Below are positions 56,172 to 64,000 of a stretch of DNA of 64,000 bases, piece after piece. The stretch comes from Spirochaetia bacterium (GTDB lineage Bacteria; Spirochaetota; Spirochaetia; DSM-16054; Sediminispirochaetaceae). A program made the position numbers and the translations under genes. Each line of letters starts with the position of its first letter. Positions within the stretch are counted from its first letter, which is position 1. The DNA lies in NCBI GenBank assembly GCA_034520965.1, contig JAXHMY010000001.1, positions 448,001 through 512,000 on the forward strand, in the 5' to 3' direction. The notes below the pieces were generated by a model. That model was not told the DNA's origin. It saw only the letters and a list, made by a program, of their open reading frames with translations, and did not search any database.

Positions 56172-58249
56172 ATGAGCGAACAGATTAAATTATTCTCATC
56201 CGATTTAGACGGTACACTGCTGGGTAAGCCGGATGCCACATTGGCATTTCACCATACTTGGAACAAGCTACGGGAAACCTCCGATCCATCTCCGGCGCCG
56301 GTCTTGGTATACAACTCGGGAAGGCTGCTGCCGCACACTTTAGAAGTAATGAAGGCCAGCCATCTGCCGGACCCTGACTACCTAATATGCGGGGTTGGAA
56401 CAATTATATTTGATTATAAAAAGCGGGAGTATATCAAAGTCTTTGCCGATACACTGAACACCGGATGGGACCGCGAGCTTGTGCAGCATGTGATGCACTC
56501 CTTTTCGAATATTGAAGAACAGCCAAAAAAATACCAAAATAAGTTTAAATCCAGTTGGTACATCCACGACGCTCCTTCGGAGAGAATAGAGGAGATCCGG
56601 AAAGCTTTGGAGGATGAAGGTTTATCCGTAAATGTTATTTATTCCTCCAGTCGAGATTTAGATATTCTGCCCCAATATGCAAATAAGGGAAATGCACTCA
56701 ATTGGCTGCTTCACTGGCTTGGAATATCTTCGAGTGAAACCCTTGTAGCCGGAGATACCGGGAACGATAATTCGATGTTCCAGATCCGTAATATTAAAGG
56801 TATTATCGTCGAGAACGCCCAGCCGGAGCTCTTTCTTGAGACCATCGAAAAACCTACCTATTCAGCCACCAAGCCCTTTGCGGACGGGGTGCTGGAAGGT
56901 CTCATGCATTTCGGAGTGATCTCAAGAATCGAAGATGTCAGTAGTGAAGAGCTCAGCCATAAAAACTTTGACCCGCAACTCCATAATTTAGTTCGGTCGG
57001 AGTCTTTTAAGCACTCTCTTCCGATCAAATTGAGCTTATCAATACCGCCTACGATGAGGCCTTGAAGGCCCTGCGTAAAAACATCACCCCCTACGGTTTC
57101 TCTGCGTGCAGCTTGTCGGATAACACCTTTAAGTCTACCGACGAAAATTACCGCAGTGTATGGGCCCGTGACGGGGCAATAACCGTCATGCAATCTCTGT
57201 CGGTGGAAGACGAAGATATTCGGGAGTGCCAGCGGGCCACCTTGGCGACCCTCTTGGAACATATCTCTCCGCGCGGCCAGGTACCCAGTAATGTACGCAT
57301 AGACACACAGATGCCGGATTACTCGGGTGTAGGCGAAATTGCCTCTATCGACGGGGGGCTCTGGTTGGTGATTGCATTTTATCATTATGTTCGGCAAACC
57401 CGGGACTACCAGTTTCTCCGCATCTGGGCGAACGAAATTACGCTGGCCATGAACTGGCTCGAGGCCCACGACAGCAATAACGATTCTTTGCTGGAAATTC
57501 CCGAAGCCGGCGACTGGATGGATCTGTTCGGCCGCAGTTACAACGTCCTCTACGATGAAGTCTTGTGGTACTATGCCAATCTTACCCATGGGAGAATTGC
57601 AGAGCTGTTAGGGGATTTTGGCCTTTCCAGCTACCGTTTGCGATTAGCTCAAAGCATCAAGGAGGCAATCAATCGTAAGTTCTGGCCTTCGATTCATAGC
57701 GAGAATATCCGCAAATTTTCCGAGCAGCAGTACACCCTGGGCGACACCCATTATCTGCTGGCGGAAATTACTCCCTTTGGCTTTGACTGGCGCTGTGATG
57801 TGTACGGTAATCTCTTGGCGGCATTGTTTAACGTACTAAGTATGGACCGGGCCAAGATGGCCTTTAACTTCATGTGGGGGGTCGGGGCCAACGAACCTGC
57901 TCCGGTAGTGAACTTGTATCCCCCCGTTTTATCGGGAGACCCGCAGTGGCGTCCTTATTATACGGTTAATCTGCTAAATCTGCCCGATCATTATCATAAC
58001 GGCGGGGTGTGGCCGTTCATTGGCGCGTACTGGGTTATGTTCATCAGCCGGCTGGGTCTGCGCGATTTAGCGCAGCAGGAGCTATACCGTTTGGCCCTTG
58101 TAAACCAACAGGGGATTGAATCCGACTGGGAATTTAACGAGTGGGTGCATGGAAAAACCGGTCGCCCGATGGGCAAACGCTATCAAGCCTGGTCGGCAGC
58201 CGGATTCATCGGAGCCTACTACAACCTGCAAATAGAATTGATCGGCTAA
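56172..58249 (+). CDS. HAD-IIB mannosylfructose/sucrose-phosphate phosphatase probably fused to a GH100-like glycoside hydrolase (frameshift near 57020)
   Basis: SSDLDGTL, NSGR, YSSSRDLDILP, GDTGND; then VWARDG, IDGGLW, PEAGDWMD, YHNGGVWPF, EW.HG.TG, QAWSAAG. Confidence 0.78.
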
Positions 58250-60489
58250 TTCCGCATTACGGCGGTATGCGACGCAGCGCGAATAATACGCAGTGAGTTC
58301 GCTACCGCCAGCAAGGCCACCCCAACATCGGCAAACACCGCCGCCCACATACTTGCCGCGCCGGCTATCCCAAGGAGCATCACAACTACCTTCACTGTCA
58401 GGGCGCCGACAATATTCTGCATTACAATTCGCCGAGTATAACCGGCAATACGAAATCCCTGGGCCAGCGTAGCCAAATCATCGTTCATTAACACAATATC
58501 CGCCGCTTCGACAGCAGCATCCGAGCCAAGCCCACCCATCGCAACACCTACATCGGCGCCGGCTAATACGGGTGCATCGTTTATACCATCCCCGACAAAC
58601 ATAACTGAATACTGACCGTTTGCCTCAGCCTTTAGCAATTCGAGGCTGCGCAGCTTGTCTTCCGGGAGCAGACGCGAGTAATAGCGATGGATGCCCGCCT
58701 CTTGGGCAATACGTTTAGCTGTGGTTGCATCATCGCCGGTCAGCATTACGGTGTCCTCTACTCCAAGTTCGTACAATTCCTGTAGTGCCCTGGGGGTCTC
58801 CGGTTTTAATTCATCGGTGATATTGATGTATCCCATATAATTGTTATCCACGGCTACATACACCACAGTCCCCTCCGCATCACAGTCCTCGTGGGGAATC
58901 TGTTCCTGATGCATCAAACGATCGCTGCCGACTGCCACTTGCAAACCGTCTATTCTGCAGAGCATGCCGCGGCCTTTCAGTTCTCTGCTCTCTGATGTAG
59001 CGGCACCTATAGTGTAATCTTCTATATAGGAAGCCTCTTTAGCGGGTATCTCCTGCGAGCTTTCTTCCGCAGCTTCAGCATATTCAGAATAAGCTTGGCG
59101 GATAGCCGTTGCCACGGGGTGCCCCGATTGTCGCTCCCCTGCAGCCGCCCAGCTAAGCAGTCCGCCCTGGCTATAGCCGTTGCGTGGAACAATTTCCGTC
59201 ACCTTGAAGTTACCCTTGGTTACGGTGCCTGTTTTATCGAAGGCTACAGTTTTTACCTTCAATAGACGGTCCAGATACTCGGCTCCCTTCACCAGCAATC
59301 CGGCTCGGGCGGCGGCACCCACTCCGCCAAAATAGCCTAAAGGCACTGATATGACCAACGCACAGGGACATGAAATTACCAGTAGTACCAAAGCCCGATA
59401 CCCCCACACTGATAGGGTTTGCCCGGCAAAAAACAGCGGCGGAACAAGGGCGACCAGAACTGCCGAAATTACCACTATCGGAGTATAATATCGAGCAAAA
59501 CGGGTAATAAAGCGCTCGGTAGGAGCCTTCCGGCCGGCAGCATCTTCAACCATGTGCATCACACGGGCCACGGCAGAGTCATCAGCCAATTTGCCTGCCC
59601 TCAGCCTCAACGAACCTTCTCCATTGACAAATCCGCCCAAAACTTCATCACCCTGGACAACTGATCTGGGAACCGACTCGCCGGTAAGTGCGGAGGTATC
59701 AACGTAGGAGCTTCCCCTTGTTACATGTCCGTCAACCGGAATCTGCTCGCCCGCATAGACCTCTATTTCATCCCCTATGCGGATATCATCTAGATCTACT
59801 TCACGGGGGACCCCATCGGCGGTGATTTTCCGCGCTGTAGTAGGCCTCATATCCAGCAGGGCAGAAATTGAACTGCGCGATTTATCTACCGCCCGGTCCT
59901 GAAAATAATCTCCGATTGTGTAAAAAAGCATCACCCCAACCGCCTCAGGAATCTCGCCAATGGCTATCGCTCCAAAGGTAGCAACTGTCATAAGAAAGTT
60001 CTCATCAAAAACCTTACCATGAAAAATATTTCCTAGGGCAGCGCCGATTACCTTGTACCCCATCAGCAGATATGCCGCTCCAAAGACACCGTACCTTAGG
60101 GTTTTTGAGAGGATCTCCGAAAGTTCTTCCAAGAGCAAAAATTCTCCGAGAATCAGACCGAAGGCAAACAGGAGTATCGAAATAAAAATTCGGTTTTTCG
60201 TCTTTTGAAAAAAGTCTGCTTTTTCTTCAACTTGAGGGACAGAAGTTTTTCGCTGGGAGCCTTTCATTCTTACCTGGGGCTCGGTTTTCCTTATAACCTC
60301 TTCTACTTCAGCCTCATAACCGGCATCGAACTCTATCGATTTTGACACAAAGTTTACATTTACCCGAGAAATACCGGGTATCTTGGCCACATGATTTTCG
60401 ATGGCTGCGGCACACTGGGCACAATCAAGCCCATCCAGGTTGTATTTCTTTGTAACTCCAGTACTGTTTTGCAGCTTCTCTTCCGACAT
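58246..60489 (-). CDS. P1B-type heavy-metal ATPase (Cd/Zn/Pb)
   Basis: HMA GLDCAQC, TGES, SCPC, DKTGT, HP, GDGINDAP. Confidence 0.95.
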   Translation of the reverse strand: MSEEKLQNSTGVTKKYNLDGLDCAQCAAAIENHVAKIPGISRVNVNFVSKSIEFDAGYEAEVEEVIRKTEPQVRMKGSQRKTSVPQVEEKADFFQKTKNRIFISILLFAFGLILGEFLLLEELSEILSKTLRYGVFGAAYLLMGYKVIGAALGNIFHGKVFDENFLMTVATFGAIAIGEIPEAVGVMLFYTIGDYFQDRAVDKSRSSISALLDMRPTTARKITADGVPREVDLDDIRIGDEIEVYAGEQIPVDGHVTRGSSYVDTSALTGESVPRSVVQGDEVLGGFVNGEGSLRLRAGKLADDSAVARVMHMVEDAAGRKAPTERFITRFARYYTPIVVISAVLVALVPPLFFAGQTLSVWGYRALVLLVISCPCALVISVPLGYFGGVGAAARAGLLVKGAEYLDRLLKVKTVAFDKTGTVTKGNFKVTEIVPRNGYSQGGLLSWAAAGERQSGHPVATAIRQAYSEYAEAAEESSQEIPAKEASYIEDYTIGAATSESRELKGRGMLCRIDGLQVAVGSDRLMHQEQIPHEDCDAEGTVVYVAVDNNYMGYINITDELKPETPRALQELYELGVEDTVMLTGDDATTAKRIAQEAGIHRYYSRLLPEDKLRSLELLKAEANGQYSVMFVGDGINDAPVLAGADVGVAMGGLGSDAAVEAADIVLMNDDLATLAQGFRIAGYTRRIVMQNIVGALTVKVVVMLLGIAGAASMWAAVFADVGVALLAVANSLRIIRAASHTAVMRN

Positions 60490-60494
60490 AATAC

Positions 60495-60845
60495 TTACTT
60501 TGCCTCCGAAAAATGTTCCTGCGCCACTTTTATCAGCTGGACTATATGTTCATCATCCAAACTGTAGTAGGCCTGTTTTCCCTGACGCCTATATTTAACC
60601 AGCCGCATCGTACGTAAAAGTCGGAGATGATGGGACACCGCCGGCAGAGTCATACCAAGTATATCCGCAATGTCACACACACAGAGCTCTTCATCGGCTA
60701 AGAGATAGAGGATTTTAGTCCGGGTTTCGTCACTGAGGGCTTTAAATAGTTCCGAGACACCGGCTACCTCCAGCAGCAGCTCCTGATAGCGGGGATCCTC
60801 ATGATTGTAGCCTGGGCTAAAACTTTCGCACACATCTCCACTCAT
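60495..60845 (-). CDS. ArsR/SmtB (CadC-like) metalloregulator
   Basis: FKALSDETR, ELCVCDIA, AVSHHLRLL, YYSLDDEHI. Confidence 0.92.
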   Translation of the reverse strand: MSGDVCESFSPGYNHEDPRYQELLLEVAGVSELFKALSDETRTKILYLLADEELCVCDIADILGMTLPAVSHHLRLLRTMRLVKYRRQGKQAYYSLDDEHIVQLIKVAQEHFSEAK

Positions 60846-60876
60846 TTTCCAACTCCTTGATTTCCGTCTTAATAAC

Positions 60877-60896
60877 AATTAAGCAACCGTTTAATT
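60877..60896. promoter_or_regulatory. Putative SmtB/CadC-type operator
   Basis: Imperfect palindrome AATTAAGCAACCGTTTAATT about 30 bp upstream of the repressor. Confidence 0.5.
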
Positions 60897-61031
60897 AAAG
60901 GTATCATAAACTACACAGCTCTTCAACAAAAATTCAACTTTTTCAAATAAATCTTACTTTGACATTAACCTGCGGATAATTGATAGGCGGGGCAGCTCTT
61001 TGCTAAAGTTTGCCCGCTTCGCTGGGCAAAT

Positions 61032-61055
61032 AAAAACCGCCCATTTCTGGGCGGT
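61032..61055 (-). terminator. Terminator of the betaine ABC operon
   Basis: Minus strand ACCGCCCA-GAAA-TGGGCGGT-TTTT. Confidence 0.75.
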
Positions 61056-61082
61056 CAACAATCTAAAGATTATTTACGTGGT

Positions 61083-61952
61083 TTACGGAATCCACTTCTT
61101 TACAATGTCCATGTTGTCGTTCATCCATTGACGTGCACCAGCTTCCGCACTAGAAGCTTCGTTAACGGTAACTATAAGATCACCTAACTGTGCCTCGGTA
61201 AAGAAGTAGTTACTCAGAAATTGTGCAAGTTCGGGTTTTTCGGTCATAATGTTTTTACGACCCATAATGTGGATATTTCCAGAACCCCATACCTTATCCT
61301 TGTCCTGCTCGAGGAACCTGAGGTCCCAGCGTCCGAACATGGAGTGAGGAGTCCAGCCGGTTACCACAATAGGATCCTCGTTAGTGATAGCTTCCTGAAG
61401 GGCAGCCATCATAGCAGGACCGCTGGAGGCCATAAGGCTTACATCGAGGTCATAGAGTTCTATTACCTCTTCGGTTGTCTGCATAACTCCTGCACCTGCA
61501 TCGATTCCGGTAATTTTCCCGCCAAGTTCGTCTGCGATGTCGTTGATCTCAGAGATGGTGGTAATATTCATATAATCGGGTACTACCAGTCCACTCTGGG
61601 TACCTTCAAACACGTATCCGAGGTCGGTAATATCTTCACGATACTGCTCTACGTAATCCTTATGAAGTACCGGCAGCCACGTTTCCATAAATGCATCCTG
61701 GTCGCCCTGGGCAACCGAGGTATACGCAGGACCAGCGTCCGCGGCGGTTATCTCCACCTCATATCCCATCTGATCTTCTAAAACAACCATTGCCAAGTGA
61801 GTGTATGCAACACCCTCTTCCCAGTTTACATAAACCAGGTTAGCAGTTTTCTGCGGCTCAGCTCCTTCTTCCTGCTGGCCTTCAGCAAATACTGCTGTGC
61901 TTGCCACCATCAAAATGACGGCAAAAATGAAAAGTTTCTTTGTAATTTTCAT
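61083..61952 (-). CDS. Glycine betaine ABC substrate-binding protein (ProX/OpuAC)
   Basis: YVNWEEG, METWLP, GIDAGAG, VVTGWTPH. Confidence 0.92.
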   Translation of the reverse strand: MKITKKLFIFAVILMVASTAVFAEGQQEEGAEPQKTANLVYVNWEEGVAYTHLAMVVLEDQMGYEVEITAADAGPAYTSVAQGDQDAFMETWLPVLHKDYVEQYREDITDLGYVFEGTQSGLVVPDYMNITTISEINDIADELGGKITGIDAGAGVMQTTEEVIELYDLDVSLMASSGPAMMAALQEAITNEDPIVVTGWTPHSMFGRWDLRFLEQDKDKVWGSGNIHIMGRKNIMTEKPELAQFLSNYFFTEAQLGDLIVTVNEASSAEAGARQWMNDNMDIVKKWIP

Positions 61953-62039
61953 ATCTCCTCCTTAAAGGTTTAAAAATTATATCTATCTTCTGCCGCATAA
62001 ATACTTATGCGACTGAACTACATTAACAATGCAGGACTC

Positions 62040-62894
62040 TTATTCTTCCTGCTGCTGACTTGCAACACCCAGGGCCTGAGTTACACGGTCTAGAAAGATT
62101 GCCAAGATTACAATTGCAATTCCGCTTTCAAAGCCAAGGTCAATCTTTAACTGAGTAATACCCTTCAGAACCTCGTTCCCAAGACCACCTGCACCAATCA
62201 TACCGGCAATAACCACCATAGAGAGGGCCAGCATAATAGTCTGGTTAACTCCAGCCATAATGGTCGGTATCGCTACCGGAATTTCTGCTTTTAGCAACAT
62301 CTGCCGGTTACTTGCACCAAAGGCTATCGAAGCTTCTTTTATCTCCTTCGGTACCTGTCGAATCCCTAGGTTTGTCAATCGGACTGAAGGGGGCATTGAA
62401 AAGATGAGTGTTGCGACAACACCGGGTACCGGGCCAAGGCGGAAGAAAAGTACCGCCGGAATCAAGTAGACAAAAGCCGGCAGGGTCTGCATAAAGTCAA
62501 GAATAGGCCTTACAATGGCTTCGACCGTATCTTTTTTAGATGCCCAAATTCCAATTGGAATGGCTATCAGGATAGCGATAAACACCGAGGTAATTACCAA
62601 GGCCAGAGTTTCCATGGTCGCTTCCCACAAATTCATGGCATAAATTAAAAAGAAGCCGACCAGGGTAAAAATTCCCACTCCTTTCTTTGCAACCCACCAG
62701 GCGATAGCGGCAAACAGCGCTATCATGATAAACGCGTGGGGAAACATCAGTACATTAAAGAAACCGGTCAGCAGGCTGTCGATTACATTGGCAATTATAT
62801 CAAAGACTGCGCCTAGGTTCTCAGTTAGCCAGTCAATAACCGCCTCAAAGACACCCCCAATATCAAATATTTTATGTAAAGTTACACTATCCAT
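62040..62894 (-). CDS. Glycine betaine ABC permease (ProW/OpuAB)
   Basis: ILDFMQTLPAFVYLIP, GVNQTIMLALSMVV. Confidence 0.95.
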   Translation of the reverse strand: MDSVTLHKIFDIGGVFEAVIDWLTENLGAVFDIIANVIDSLLTGFFNVLMFPHAFIMIALFAAIAWWVAKKGVGIFTLVGFFLIYAMNLWEATMETLALVITSVFIAILIAIPIGIWASKKDTVEAIVRPILDFMQTLPAFVYLIPAVLFFRLGPVPGVVATLIFSMPPSVRLTNLGIRQVPKEIKEASIAFGASNRQMLLKAEIPVAIPTIMAGVNQTIMLALSMVVIAGMIGAGGLGNEVLKGITQLKIDLGFESGIAIVILAIFLDRVTQALGVASQQQEE

Positions 62895-62896
62895 TT

Positions 62897-64000
62897 TTAT
62901 TTTCCTCCATTATCCGATTCTTGGCTACTAATACCTTCTTCCATCTCAGAAAAGTGCATCGGAGACTCGCTGTCTTCAGTCTCGTCACGGACTTCATTGA
63001 TGATCGCAGCACGGTCAACTATTCCTTTATACCGATAGTCTTTATCGATGACCACAATAGGATATTTGGTTGACAGCGCAGTGGCTAAAAGATCGGATAT
63101 CGGAGTATCTTCATAAGCGGTATATATATCGCGTATGAGGATTGGTTCAAGATCGCGCTCTTTCTTCTTCTGCAATTTCACTGTATCGTCGATACGAGCC
63201 ATACCTTTCAGGTAGCGCTCCGAATCAACTACAAAGATACTGGAAATACCATTTGTTTCCATAGTTCGGCTGGCAGCACCGGGGCCGTCTTTCGGAATAG
63301 TCATAACCGGGGCCTTACGCATAATAGATGAAACGGTGATAATCTTGGTTTTATCAACCTTCTCGACAAACTTTGCCACATACTCATCGGCAGGTTCTGA
63401 GAGGATCTCCTCTGGAGTTCCAAGCTGCCGAGAGGTTCCATCCGGACCAAGAATAAGAATTCTGTCGCCCAGTTTCAAAGCCTCATCCAGGTCGTGGGTA
63501 ATAAATACAATTGTTTTATGCATTTTAGCTTGCAGCTCGAGCAGCTCATCCTGCATCTGATTACGGATAAGCGGGTCAAGTGCACTAAATGCTTCGTCCA
63601 TCAAGAGTATTTCGGGGTCATTGGCAAGGGCGCGGGCTAAACCGACACGCTGCTGCATACCACCGGAGAGCTCATCGGGTAAACTTTTTTCGTAGCCCTT
63701 CAGCCCCACCAGTTCAATCGCATCCAGAGCCTTTTTGTGGCGCTCCTCTTTTTCCATACCGCCAATTTCAAGTCCAAACTCGACGTTGTTTGTTACATTA
63801 CGGTGCGGCAGAAGACCAAAGTGCTGAAATACCATAGACATCATATAGCGACGACTTTCACGAAGCTCTTCTTTATCCATTTCCAGAATGTTCTTGCCGT
63901 CGATATAGATCTTACCGCTGGTCGATTCAACTATACGATTCAAACAGCGAATAAGAGTCGACTTCCCGCTGCCGGAAAGCCCCATAATAACAAAGGTCTC
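62897..64000 (-). CDS. Glycine betaine ABC ATPase with CBS domains (ProV/OpuAA); 5' end outside the window
   Basis: MGLSGSGKST, LSGGMQQRVGLARAL, DEAFSALDPLIR, tandem CBS. Confidence 0.95.
   Translation of the reverse strand, partial: ETFVIMGLSGSGKSTLIRCLNRIVESTSGKIYIDGKNILEMDKEELRESRRYMMSMVFQHFGLLPHRNVTNNVEFGLEIGGMEKEERHKKALDAIELVGLKGYEKSLPDELSGGMQQRVGLARALANDPEILLMDEAFSALDPLIRNQMQDELLELQAKMHKTIVFITHDLDEALKLGDRILILGPDGTSRQLGTPEEILSEPADEYVAKFVEKVDKTKIITVSSIMRKAPVMTIPKDGPGAASRTMETNGISSIFVVDSERYLKGMARIDDTVKLQKKKERDLEPILIRDIYTAYEDTPISDLLATALSTKYPIVVIDKDYRYKGIVDRAAIINEVRDETEDSESPMHFSEMEEGISSQESDNGGK

Overview
Chromosomal window from a bacterium, most likely a free-living Spirochaetota (Spirochaetales-like), inferred from the rpoB/rpoC and ribosomal protein sequences and the tRNA-Thr-rpmG-tRNA-Trp-secE-nusG order without tuf. 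1-8.4 kb holds the conserved rpoC(partial)-rpoB-rplL-rplJ-rplA-rplK-nusG-secE-trnW-rpmG-trnT cluster on the minus strand. 8.5-16 kb holds a NifA-like sigma54 activator, glycogen phosphorylase and housekeeping genes. 16-28.4 kb is a probable GntR-regulated catabolic island (TRAP transporter, BKACE/DUF849, split transketolase, two TIM-barrel isomerases, reductases, no kinase). 28.5-44.3 kb holds a GTDC1/QTMAN-like glycosyltransferase, clpB, prsW, an aminotransferase, tRNA-fMet, IclR, DUF255, ptb, RNase D and a barrel-fused SppA. 44.4-54.5 kb is an accessory island dense in toxin-antitoxin modules, punctuated by two diverged copies of the radC 3' end and ending at tRNA-Asp. 54.8-64 kb holds a mannosylfructose-phosphate synthase, a phosphatase::GH100-like fusion, a heavy-metal ATPase with its ArsR repressor, and a glycine-betaine ABC transporter. 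Many genes carry 1-bp frameshifts that look like long-read consensus errors, so disrupted genes are not assumed to be pseudogenes. All family assignments come from recognising motifs by eye; no database searches were run.
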